The notes under the pieces were generated by a model that worked only from the letters and a program-made list of their open reading frames with translations, did not search any database and was not told the origin of the DNA. Below are positions 1 through 8,814 of a DNA stretch of 25,348 nt, piece after piece. Every line of letters begins with the position of its first letter. Position 1 is the first letter of the stretch. The DNA is from Promethearchaeota archaeon. Its GTDB lineage: Archaea; Asgardarchaeota; Lokiarchaeia; Sigyniarchaeales; SOKP01. Location: the NCBI GenBank assembly GCA_016930515.1, contig JAFGGO010000003.1, forward strand, positions 1-25,348, read 5' to 3'. Made by a program: the position numbers and the translations under genes.

Positions 1-309
1 TTCTTGCAGGGCAATTAGACTTGGTGCTTCAAGGAAAAAAGTTCAGTGATTAGAAGCGAACGCTAGTTCGCAAGGAATTTTTCTTAAATTTTTACTCAAA
101 TTATCTATCTTTAACATTTATCATTAAACTAGATGTATCTGATGTGTCTGGTGTATCAAACTTTAATCTAGAATCAGATAATATAATATAAATGTGCTCT
201 TCTTTATCTTTAAAGAGAATTTTTCTGGTTTTTTCATTGATAAGCTTTAATAAATTTAAATCAGCAAAACTGAAATCATCCTTTTAAAATTAAACACCTA
301 TTAGGAAGT

Positions 310-398
310 TTATTTAGTTTTGCAAAAAATTCCTAATCCTTTCAGCATGATAGCGTTATCTAACCATTTTAGAAGCTTTAGAAAAGCGAAAGTATCAA
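310..398 (-). repeat. Displaced, diverged copy of the last ~29 codons and stop of the methyltransferase gene (direct repeat of 1482-1570)
   Basis: Ungapped manual alignment of 310-398 with 1482-1570 gives 79/89 identical nt, e.g. aattcctaatcctttcagcatgat and gaagctttagaaaagcgaaagtatcaa are shared exactly. Confidence 0.9.
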
Positions 399-786
399 TG
401 ACTCCATTACTGTGTTATCACAATATATTTGACTTTTCTTACTAAATTATGAATAAAAAACTACGAGAGAAATTTATCGGTAAATTCATAATCTCTCAAA
501 ATCGAGTTAAATCTGCACAGTATTTAATATTTTCGTTCGATTCATATGTTTAAGTTATTTAAATAATGCGGATAAGCCTTATCATTCATGCAATCTTACC
601 AGGCCTGAACATCAAGAATGTTAAAATACCATATTTAAGCTGCATTATTATTACTAAAAGAATTATAAAATTCTATACTTCAAGATCTATAATTGGATCT
701 TAAAATTATAAACCATAAATAAATTAATAAAATAATCTTAAGATAAACAAACAATAAACTGACTTAAACTTAATAGAAGATATAAA

Positions 787-1371
787 ATGTTACCTATAGG
801 ACCATTAATGATCGAACATAGGCTTATCGAACGGATGATTGCTGTGCTGAAAGTTGAATTGGAAGAAATTACAAAAACTTCAATAGTTAACACAGTATTT
901 ATAGATAATGTGGTTGATTTCATAAGAATCTACGCAGATCAGACCCACCATGGAAAGGAAGAACATATACTTTTTAGAGAACTCGCGAATAAGAATTTAA
1001 CAACCGAACACGATAAAATCTTAAAAGAGCTCATTGATGAACACATATATGCTCGAAAAATAACTGGAGATTTGGTGGAGGCAAATAAATTGTATTTAGA
1101 TGGAAAAGAAAATGCAGTTCTGACCATCATCGATAAAATTAAGACATTAGTAGAATTTTATCCAAAGCATATTGAAAAGGAGGATAATCACTTTTTCCTT
1201 CCTATCATGGAATACTTCTCGAAAGAGGAAAAGGATGCTTTACTTGACGAGGGGAGGATTTTCGACAGAAAAATGATCCATCGAAAATATAATCAACTAG
1301 TCGTAAAATTTGAAAATAAGAGAGGAATGTTATTAAAGAAATCGAAATCTGATTGGATTGATCTTATGTAA
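787..1371 (+). CDS. Hemerythrin/HHE cation-binding domain protein
   Basis: HHE-type metal-ligand motifs: LMIEHRLI, HHGKEEHILF, LIDEHIYAR, HIEKEDNHFF. Confidence 0.9.
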   Translation: MLPIGPLMIEHRLIERMIAVLKVELEEITKTSIVNTVFIDNVVDFIRIYADQTHHGKEEHILFRELANKNLTTEHDKILKELIDEHIYARKITGDLVEANKLYLDGKENAVLTIIDKIKTLVEFYPKHIEKEDNHFFLPIMEYFSKEEKDALLDEGRIFDRKMIHRKYNQLVVKFENKRGMLLKKSKSDWIDLM

Positions 1372-1481
1372 TTAAAACATCTGTTTCTTTGAAAAATTTA
1401 CCCCATTCCGAGCGTTTCATTATCAGATAAAAATATTTAGAATATAAGGGAGTGAGTAGATATTGTATAAGACCCTTTCAC

Positions 1482-2267
1482 TTATTTAGTTCCGTAAAGA
1501 ATTCCTAATCCTTTCAGCATGATCACATTATCCAACCATTTAGGAAGCTTTAGAAAAGCGAAAGTATCAACCCAATGTAGCTCCGCGACATGCTCTTCTA
1601 AAATAGCTCTCATTTTTTCAAAATCTCCATAGATGCTCTTTGATCCAAATAAATCTTGAAACGCAAAGATCCCTCCTTTTTTTAGCACTCGAAGCGCTTC
1701 TATCAATCCCTTGTATTTTTCTTTCATTTTAAAACCTTTAACTTCGTGAAAAGTTAAATTACTTATAATTGCGTCGAGTTCTCCTTCTTGAAACGGAAGG
1801 TGAGCAGCGTTAATGTTTTTAAATTCCAGTTGATCGAGCACGTTTTCTAACTTGGCGTTAATCTGAGCTTGCTCTTGATCGTATTCAAAGTATGTTTCAC
1901 CCCAATAGTCACTTGCAATGACTTTTGATTGAGGGAACTTTTTGGCGATTTTAATCGAAATGGGAGCGTTTCCACAACCAATTTCTAAACAGTTCCCATT
2001 ACCATTCCACGAGAAATTATCGAGTAAAGCGTCGTAGATCTGATTTTGAAGGTTTTTTCCTCTTGGAGAAAATGCGCGGTAAGCACAACAGGCAAGTACG
2101 AAAAAAAAGAAACAAAAGCATGTGAGACAGATAAAAATAATTCTTAACCACAAAATTCCAACAAATACGGATAAGGCTAAAAACGCAAAACTCAGAATGC
2201 CACCAATCAAGAGAAATCTTTTAGGCATCCAATTTCCATAATTTATTTTCTCATTTTTAGAAGTCAT
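1482..2267 (-). CDS. Class I SAM-dependent methyltransferase with N-terminal membrane anchor
   Basis: Motif I CLEIGCGNA, LPFQEGELDAIISNLTFHEV, and RVLKKGGIFAFQD. Two hydrophobic N-terminal helices. Confidence 0.9.
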   Translation of the reverse strand: MTSKNEKINYGNWMPKRFLLIGGILSFAFLALSVFVGILWLRIIFICLTCFCFFFFVLACCAYRAFSPRGKNLQNQIYDALLDNFSWNGNGNCLEIGCGNAPISIKIAKKFPQSKVIASDYWGETYFEYDQEQAQINAKLENVLDQLEFKNINAAHLPFQEGELDAIISNLTFHEVKGFKMKEKYKGLIEALRVLKKGGIFAFQDLFGSKSIYGDFEKMRAILEEHVAELHWVDTFAFLKLPKWLDNVIMLKGLGILYGTK

Positions 2268-2364
2268 TATATCAAAACTTGCAGTTTTGTTAAATGATTT
2301 GAATATGTATTTATTAAATAATCTTAGTCATTTAAAGAATATTTTTCTTTCTTTTTTATTATTA

Positions 2365-2402
2365 TTGAATTGAATGCAAAAAACGAAGATCTCTTATATG
2401 AG
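2365..2402 (+). repeat. Copy of the start region of the ArsR gene (direct repeat of 11351-11391)
   Basis: ttgaattgaatgcaaaaaa---cgaagatctcttatatgag vs ttgtaatgaatgcaaaaaaaaacgaagatctcttagatgag: 35/38 aligned nt identical, with a 3-nt difference in the A run. Confidence 0.8.
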
Positions 2403-2513
2403 TATTAACTTTTGTGGGATAACTTTTTAGAGTCGTGATTTTAAATCCAGCTTATATTAACATCTAAATAATTTCATTCTTAAGGTAATGAATATGTCAT
2501 AATTCGAACCTTT

Positions 2514-2690
2514 ATGATTGTTCTTCATGGAATTTGGAAATTTGTAGAAAATTCACCAAATCAATCATGTTTCTTTATTTGGGCAGAATCAAAAAGCGAT
2601 ACAATAAAGAAAAAAAGAGGACGCCCCCCAAAATCTAAGCAAAGTCTTCCTCCCTTTCATACATATCATCTTTCCGAAGGCGAAGTATAA
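2514..2690 (+). pseudogene. 58-aa ORF resembling the N-terminus of a HelZ/SNF2-family helicase, with an AT-hook; probably a truncated remnant
   Basis: Own translation: MIVLHGIWKFVENSPNQSCFFIWAESKSDTIKKKRGRPPKSKQSLPPFHTYHLSEGEV*. The MxVLHGxW...WAE...HxY pattern recalls the N-termini of prokaryotic SNF2 helicases such as mycobacterial HelZ. KRGRPPK is an AT-hook core. Confidence 0.6.
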
Positions 2691-2717
2691 GTCATATTAT
2701 TGATATCTATCGAACCA

Positions 2718-2746
2718 AACAAACGCTTGTTGGTAACATTTAAATA
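2718..2746 (+). promoter_or_regulatory. Putative TetR operator palindrome next to an archaeal TATA box
   Basis: AACAAAC/GCTTGTT near-palindrome (2718-2731) immediately upstream of TTTAAATA (2739-2746), ahead of the tetR gene. Confidence 0.5.
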
Positions 2747-2817
2747 CTCGATTTAACTTAATAATTGTAGATGAAAGTATTTATTCGATTTCCATATGAA
2801 TAGGAAGGGAACGGATC

Positions 2818-3486
2818 TTGTCAAAGAAAACAAGAATGACGGAAGAGAAAAAGATAAAAAAGGAAAGTATTGGCACTAAAGAACGAATTCGGGATCTTTC
2901 CCTTGAACTATTCTCTCAGAAAGGATTTTCTGCGGTTTCTGTAAGGGATATTGCTCGTTCCGTTGGCATTCACGAAAGTACCATTTATAGTCATTATAAG
3001 GGAAAGGAAGACATCATGAATTCAATCATTGAATTCCTTATAGAATACTATAAAACGATGCCCAATACCGTTTCAATAGACGATCTACTAGAAAAGCAAG
3101 ATCCCGAAGTTGCACTGAACAATACGATTAGACCCATGATAGAGCAATTGAAAATCCCTCAAATAAGAAAAATCCTGAGGCTAATGTGGATCGAGCTTTA
3201 TCATAACGATAAGATCTTGGATTTTTTTAAATACCAATTCATAGGACCCTCCCATTCTTTTTGGGCCGATATCTTTCAAAAAATGATGAGCAAGGGTCAT
3301 ATTATTGAATGCGACCCTCAACAACTGGCTGCGGAATATTTCGATTATTGCATTTACCTTTTCTTCGAGGGATTTATTCTGAATTACAACGAAACTGCCC
3401 AAGACGAGGTGATCGACGATTTACTTTCCAACTTGACTAAACATGTTAGTTTTATTTTTAATTTAATTAAAAAGAAGGAGTCGTGA
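2818..3486 (+). CDS. TetR/AcrR family transcriptional regulator (start TTG 2818 or ATG 2836)
   Basis: TetR HTH: LELFSQKGFSAVSVRDIARSVGIHESTIYSHYKGKEDI. Stop overlaps the next gene (GTGA). Confidence 0.93.
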   Translation: MSKKTRMTEEKKIKKESIGTKERIRDLSLELFSQKGFSAVSVRDIARSVGIHESTIYSHYKGKEDIMNSIIEFLIEYYKTMPNTVSIDDLLEKQDPEVALNNTIRPMIEQLKIPQIRKILRLMWIELYHNDKILDFFKYQFIGPSHSFWADIFQKMMSKGHIIECDPQQLAAEYFDYCIYLFFEGFILNYNETAQDEVIDDLLSNLTKHVSFIFNLIKKKES

Positions 3487-4448
3487 AGAAGAAAATTAGT
3501 AGTTTGACCACGGAAATATATTATTTTACGGCTACTGGCAATTCATTAGTAGTTGCGAGACACATTGCAAGCGCAACGGGAGGCGCGCTAATCTCGATAG
3601 CTTCTGCGAGTGAAATGGCTAGATCAAAGGAAAGCGTCAAAATAAGAGCGAAAAGGGTAGGATTCGTTTTCCCCGTCTATTTTGCGACAAATCTTCGGAG
3701 CGGAATTCCTCTTATCGTCGAGGATTTTCTCACCAAGGTAGAGCTAACCGATTCTCATTATGTATTTGCGATCTGCACGCACAGCGGAATGCCGGGAACG
3801 ACTATCGAAAAAGTCGCCAAGATCGTCAAGTCCAGGGGCGGCAAATTAGCGGCGGGATTCACCGTAAAAACCTATAATAACGAGCCCTCCATAAAAGAAA
3901 AGCTGAAAATGTCCACCTACGGAGGAGATTCTGTCGGAACCCTATCAGAAATCGTTCAAAAAAGGCGAGAAAAAGCAACCGATTTATTCAACGATAAATT
4001 AGACTATTTGACGCGATACATCAAGGAAAGAAAAGAGGGCAGGCTTGAATCCCGTAAACAATGGGAAAAAATTGTTTTCGCACCGGTTCTTTATTTGCTC
4101 ATACGACCCGTTTTTAACCGTCGATACAAGAAGCTTTCGAACTCGAAGGGCCTTTCGTTCAAGGAAATGATCCCCCTTGCAGATAAAAGCTTTCAACACG
4201 ACGGTAATTGCACTGGATGCGGAACATGCGCCAAGATATGCCCGGTGCATAACATCACAATAACGAAAAACGGACCAGAATGGCAGCAGCGTTGCGAAAA
4301 CTGCCTTGCTTGCTTCGTCTGGTGTCCTAACGCTTCGATAAACGGTGAGATAACGAAATATTCTACTCGACACCATCATGCGGACGTCTTAATCTCCGAC
4401 ATGATAAAAACAAAGCAATTACATTTCAAGGAGGTGACACAATCATGA
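3483..4448 (+). CDS. EFR1-family ferredoxin (flavodoxin-like N-terminus plus 2[4Fe-4S] C-terminus)
   Basis: IYYFTATGNSL and VGFVFPVY, followed by CTGCGTCAKICP and CENCLACFVWCP. Confidence 0.9.
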   Translation: MKKKISSLTTEIYYFTATGNSLVVARHIASATGGALISIASASEMARSKESVKIRAKRVGFVFPVYFATNLRSGIPLIVEDFLTKVELTDSHYVFAICTHSGMPGTTIEKVAKIVKSRGGKLAAGFTVKTYNNEPSIKEKLKMSTYGGDSVGTLSEIVQKRREKATDLFNDKLDYLTRYIKERKEGRLESRKQWEKIVFAPVLYLLIRPVFNRRYKKLSNSKGLSFKEMIPLADKSFQHDGNCTGCGTCAKICPVHNITITKNGPEWQQRCENCLACFVWCPNASINGEITKYSTRHHHADVLISDMIKTKQLHFKEVTQS

Positions 4449-4633
4449 GAAAAGAGAAACAATTAACACTGATCTCCGTACTACTATTGGTAATATCACT
4501 AGTTTCGGGTGGTGCTGCTGCCATTTTAGTCGAAGGAGTGCCGTACGACATAATTTACGCCCTTCATAAAGTTTCTTCGGTGTTATTTGTCATCGCGTTC
4601 GTCGTATTCTTGGTTCGCCTGCGCAAGGAATAA
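4445..4633 (+). CDS. Small two-TM membrane protein, last gene of the TetR operon
   Basis: SD GGAGGTGA upstream, ATGA overlap with the ferredoxin stop, two hydrophobic helices with a His (LHK) between them. Confidence 0.75.
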   Translation: MRKEKQLTLISVLLLVISLVSGGAAAILVEGVPYDIIYALHKVSSVLFVIAFVVFLVRLRKE

Positions 4634-5086
4634 GGGCAAATCCATATATAAATTGTTTTATTTCCTATCTCTCTTCTTAAATTGCTTTTTTCTACAACAT
4701 TTAATTTTTAACACGATAAAATCAGCAATAAATTATCTTCCTCCTTGTTCACCTAAAAGTGGAAACGATCAGTTCGATATCACGAGGTATAACGCTCACA
4801 TAGGGCAATTGTCTGGATTGGAAATTGAAGTCCTTTCGGAAGTAAAAGTTATGGAGGACGTTGGAGGCGTAATAGCCCTCCTACTTCAAAACAACCAAAT
4901 TTCGAAGAAACAGTCATCTTCATGTTCGTGCTTGTATTGATAACTTAAACACATTATAAAAATACAAAAAAAATTAAAAAGATTAGAAGCAATGAGATTA
5001 TTGCGTTTTAATGAATATTATATACATATCTTAAATTCTACTCTAAATAATGATGATAATAAAATAATAAAAATCGGATTTTAGTT

Positions 5087-7273
5087 TCATTGTTTTTCGT
5101 AATTCATATCAACATTAACTCTTATCTCGTTTTCATTACCACATAACTGGCAATATTTGTTTTTCTTTTCCGTTTCCGTTCCGCAATATGAGCAATAGAA
5201 CTTTTTTGACCTAAAAAGATAGTTATTGTTGGAGTCTGATAAGCACTGCATCTTTTCGTTTATGGCCACGAATTTAATATATTTTACAAATTTTGTCATT
5301 ATTTCCATTGCATCATCGCTATGCTTTTCGAGCTTTATTCTCAGAGAAGGCTCAGGAATGCGAATCACGCGCAAATAATACTCGTAGTAAGAATACCAGG
5401 AACCATACTCGTCGTAACCTTCTATCAATTTTTTTTCGATATTCACCCTGGAGAGTTTGTTCCATTCAATTAGCAAGTAACCTTTTGACCTCTTTCTCCT
5501 TATTAACAGGCCTTCTGAAAGTAATGCCGTCCTTGGAACGCATATTTTTTTCGACAATATGTTTTCGAAGGTATAAAAACCAATGGATACAATTAACATT
5601 AAAAAAACATTTAACATTGAATAAATTGAAAAACCTTGCGAACGAACAGAACTAAGATTAGCGCAAGATATGACAAATGTTATTAAATTGAAAATAATCA
5701 AATTACACAAATAAAATAAGGCCTTAGATGTAGATGGTACATCAATAGATCCATTTATTTTCAAGTTTATTTGATCCAGTATCCATTTTTTTACATGAAT
5801 TCTATGCGGACGCTGAATTTCTAGTTCTTTTGGTTTTCGAAATAATTTCAGACTTTGAACAAAATTAATGAAACTGCAAAGAACAAAACTCGAGAAACAG
5901 AATAGAGCAACAATTGTATGGAACATACATATTACAATAACACATACCAACGAAAAAAGGAACCCCAAGATTAGAGAAATGCCGAAAAGAATGTTTTCAA
6001 TCCTTCGATTGTTACTTTTGCGTTTGAGTATTTCCAAGAGTAGCAAAGATTTCTCTCTTAAATATTTTTCGTAGAAATCGTCTATTCTTTTCTTCAGGAG
6101 AGCGGCTTTTTCTTGCCTAGCAGAAACAATGTCCTTTAACGAGTATCCACATTTGAGGCATATTTTTTTTTCTTTCCCTACTTTGGTCTTGCAATACGGA
6201 CAATATTTTGCCATCGATAATAAATTTAATCTTTCATCTTCATCGATACGGGAAACTTCAGCAAATTCAGTTTCTCCCTTGATTTCTTGTGATTGAGAGA
6301 GTTTTTGTTTCATATTTTCGCTGATCTGTTGGAGGCAATTAATTATTGTATTCATCTCGCCCTCTTCGTCTAAATTGAGCAGGAAAAAAAACGCCTCTTT
6401 TTGATCTTTCAGGAGAACTTTCAAGTAATAGCGATAAGCATTTTTAGGCTCGCCCTTTACATTGATGCGTGTGAGGAATTCTTTTTGCAATGCAAGTCGT
6501 TCAATTTGGATCCACTTAAATATGATCGTCGTTTTTTTGCATTTCTTTACCAAGAAGCCTTTTCCAAAAATCATCAAATAAGGTGCTTTCCTCTTTTCAG
6601 CCACTCTAGCACATTTGACGATGATTATGTAAAAAAACAAAAATATAATCGGCAAAAATGGGCTTCCCACTAAAGTAATCAAATACAGGGGGTACACAAA
6701 AAATATGATATTATACCCTAAAAATCTAATAAAGAAATAATATGCTTTCTTGCTATTTCCCATAATATACAATGGCTTGTTGATATTTAATCCTAGCCAT
6801 TTAGCAATCCATTCACTTCCAGAGCAATCATTATATTTTACTTTTTCTGCTTTGTAGAGTCTAAGGATAAAGTAGATATCAACAACCGATTTTCCGAAAA
6901 ATAAAAAAATCATAGAATAATTTACAATGATCAGCCCAAACCTTTCCCCAAGGCCAGCCAAATTAATATAGCTAATCAAGGCAGGGAATAATATTGAAAA
7001 GAAGATATAAGTACATAGCAAGGAGATCGCTGTTGAAAACAAGCTCAATGCAATAGTGGAGTTCCTGAGAAGTTTTTGTTTTCTCTTCAATACCGCTTTA
7101 AGGCGTACTCGCTGGTCTTTTGGAAGGTTGTCAAGATATTTTTTTATTAGATTATCAACGAGCCACGATCTCTTTTGATCAATCATATTAATCTCTTCCA
7201 AAAAGTGCCCACATAAATTACAAAAAACAATGTGTTCTTTTCGCTGTTCGCAACAAAAAGGACAATACTTCAT
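5087..7273 (-). CDS. Membrane protein with internally duplicated (zinc ribbon - TM bundle - PH-like beta domain) modules and a third C-terminal zinc ribbon
   Basis: YCPFC..FCNLCG, YCPYC..ICLKCG and YCSYC..YCQLCG. Paired motifs FKWIQIERL/IEWNKLSRV and YRYYLKV/YEYYLRV. SD AAGGAGG upstream. The PH-like assignment is inference. Confidence 0.8.
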   Translation of the reverse strand: MKYCPFCCEQRKEHIVFCNLCGHFLEEINMIDQKRSWLVDNLIKKYLDNLPKDQRVRLKAVLKRKQKLLRNSTIALSLFSTAISLLCTYIFFSILFPALISYINLAGLGERFGLIIVNYSMIFLFFGKSVVDIYFILRLYKAEKVKYNDCSGSEWIAKWLGLNINKPLYIMGNSKKAYYFFIRFLGYNIIFFVYPLYLITLVGSPFLPIIFLFFYIIIVKCARVAEKRKAPYLMIFGKGFLVKKCKKTTIIFKWIQIERLALQKEFLTRINVKGEPKNAYRYYLKVLLKDQKEAFFFLLNLDEEGEMNTIINCLQQISENMKQKLSQSQEIKGETEFAEVSRIDEDERLNLLSMAKYCPYCKTKVGKEKKICLKCGYSLKDIVSARQEKAALLKKRIDDFYEKYLREKSLLLLEILKRKSNNRRIENILFGISLILGFLFSLVCVIVICMFHTIVALFCFSSFVLCSFINFVQSLKLFRKPKELEIQRPHRIHVKKWILDQINLKINGSIDVPSTSKALFYLCNLIIFNLITFVISCANLSSVRSQGFSIYSMLNVFLMLIVSIGFYTFENILSKKICVPRTALLSEGLLIRRKRSKGYLLIEWNKLSRVNIEKKLIEGYDEYGSWYSYYEYYLRVIRIPEPSLRIKLEKHSDDAMEIMTKFVKYIKFVAINEKMQCLSDSNNNYLFRSKKFYCSYCGTETEKKNKYCQLCGNENEIRVNVDMNYEKQ

Positions 7274-7318
7274 TTAGAGTTTACGCCTCCTTATTTCATA
7301 TCTAATTATAAAATATCA

Positions 7319-7391
7319 ATGTCCAATATTTGTCTATTGATGGACATATTTATATGTTTCGATTGGGCATATATGTGATCGATAATGTCCA
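7319..7391. promoter_or_regulatory. Cluster of ATGTCCA/TGGACAT-like boxes around the minus-strand TATA of the zinc-ribbon gene
   Basis: ATGTCCA 7319, TTGTCTA 7330, TGGACAT 7341, TGGGCAT 7364, ATGTCCA 7385. Confidence 0.45.
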
Positions 7392-7399
7392 TAGTAATA

Positions 7400-7837
7400 T
7401 TATAAATTAAAAACATATTGCACGCAAAAATGATAATAAAGTTTTATAAAGGCCAGTTTAATATATATGTTTGAAAAGGTTAAGGCAGATCGGATCTTGT
7501 AACTTGTCATTTGATGACCAATTCTATATTGGTCTTTTATTAGTGGATCCTCCAAAATAATGTAAGGCGTGTCTCCGATCCAGTCGTTATTTTCGTCAAC
7601 ACCCTCATAATCGTCCCAATAATTTCCAATGGAGCCGTTATCCCATTGATTTCCATAGATATCGAAAGTGTTTTCTTTATTTTCAGAGAAATAGTTATTA
7701 AAAATCAAGTTATCGATGCAATCTATCGCTAAAAGCATTCCTGTCTCATTATGATTGTTGATCGTGTTTCTTGAAATGTTGTGAGCATTACAATACATGT
7801 AAAGATATATTATTAAAAAAAAATTCAGAATAAACAA
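7400..7837 (-). pseudogene. Fragment of a NosD/right-handed beta-helix surface protein, paralogous to 13921-16983
   Basis: GNQWDNGSIGNYWDDYEGVDENNDWIGDTPYIILEDPLIKDQY matches GNQWDNGYMGNYWDDYNGIDENGDGIGETPYNVSEDPLIQDRY. Only ~95 aa are homologous; the flanks are unrelated. Confidence 0.8.
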
Positions 7838-8257
7838 GTGATCATATTTTATTGCAAGAGTAGCTTTTTCGCTTTAAAATAAATCCTTCCTTTTCGATGT
7901 CCTTTATAAAATAGTTTGAATGAATGTATTTTTTCAACACCCCACCGTGTTGATAAATGTGGATGAGGCTAATCTCTTGAACACCCTTAACTTGGTATTC
8001 CTCAAAAAAGAAGGAAAACTCCTCTCTCTAGTCTCCTAATTCTTTTTCAAAAACTCGTAAAGAAATGTCAGAAGGGATAAATAAAAGAATATCGGGGGAT
8101 TGGATATTATAAATTATAGGATTTCTTGGAAATTCTTCTTGGTATGGTCATAGGAATAAAGATAAATCCAAAAGTTATAAATATAATTAATCCAGGACTC
8201 AAGCATGTATTATTATAATGAATATAGTATATAAATGAAAAAATATATAGAATTTGT

Positions 8258-8449
8258 GATTATACGGAATTACTTCTAAAAAGTAAATGATAATGATGCC
8301 TTTTCTAAATTCAAAAAAATACTATTATGGATCAAAATACAAAAAGAACATGTTTACTTAATAAAACTCTTGCTAGAAGAGCTGGTCTTGGATGGATTGG
8401 GAAACGTGCTTTGCTAATTATAGAACAATTTGATGCTGTGTACTATTAG
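8258..8449 (+). pseudogene. Degraded epoxyqueuosine-reductase-like (QueG-type Fe-S protein) fragment
   Basis: Frame 8363-8449 reads KTLARRAGLGWIGKRALLIIEQF, the AxxAGLGWIGK motif of this family. Upstream part is broken by stops, and the Cys clusters are absent. Confidence 0.65.
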
Positions 8450-8814
8450 AACTTAATACATAACACATAACTATTCAAAAGATAAAGATTCTATAGCTGA
8501 CATTAAGATTTTTATTCTGAATAATATTTATAAATCCTTGAAACTAAATATTAACTCATGTCATTAATAAAAGGCTGGAAGTATGAGTTCTTACGGAGAA
8601 AATAGTATTAGAAAAGACAATCAGATGAGAAAAGATCTTGATGCTATGAATAAAGAATTCAAAGTTTTCAAAAGGAAAATAGCGGTAAACCAATTAATAA
8701 AAAAAAAAAAATCATTATTTACTGCCTGTTCCTCTTGTTTTTATTGATCGCAATAATTTTAGTTGTTGTAAAATAAATAAAACTTGAAATATTTAGCTAT
8801 AGAGGAGAAAAACA

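Noticed and set aside
104-290. ~60-codon open minus-strand frame with a 9-bp triple repeat (gatgtatct/gatgtgtct/ggtgtatca)
   Set aside because: No start codon and no recognisable motif.
465-498. Bulged inverted repeat gagaga-aattta-tcgg-taaatt-cataa-tctctc as an attC-like site
   Set aside because: Single copy, AT-rich, no RYYYAAC/GTTRRRY boxes.
4587-4940. 117-aa ORF; EIEVLS...VGGVIALL faintly recalls an eRF1/pelota C-terminus
   Set aside because: It overlaps a real gene, its N-terminal half is terminator-like AT-rich DNA, and the resemblance is too weak without a search.
7934-7953. Perfect 7-bp hairpin tcaacac/gtgttga
   Set aside because: Too short to distinguish from chance and has no clear context.
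8583-8747. ~54-aa ORF MSSYGENSIRKDNQMRKDLDAMNKEF running through a long poly-A tract
   Set aside because: No recognisable family; may be another stub but cannot be supported.
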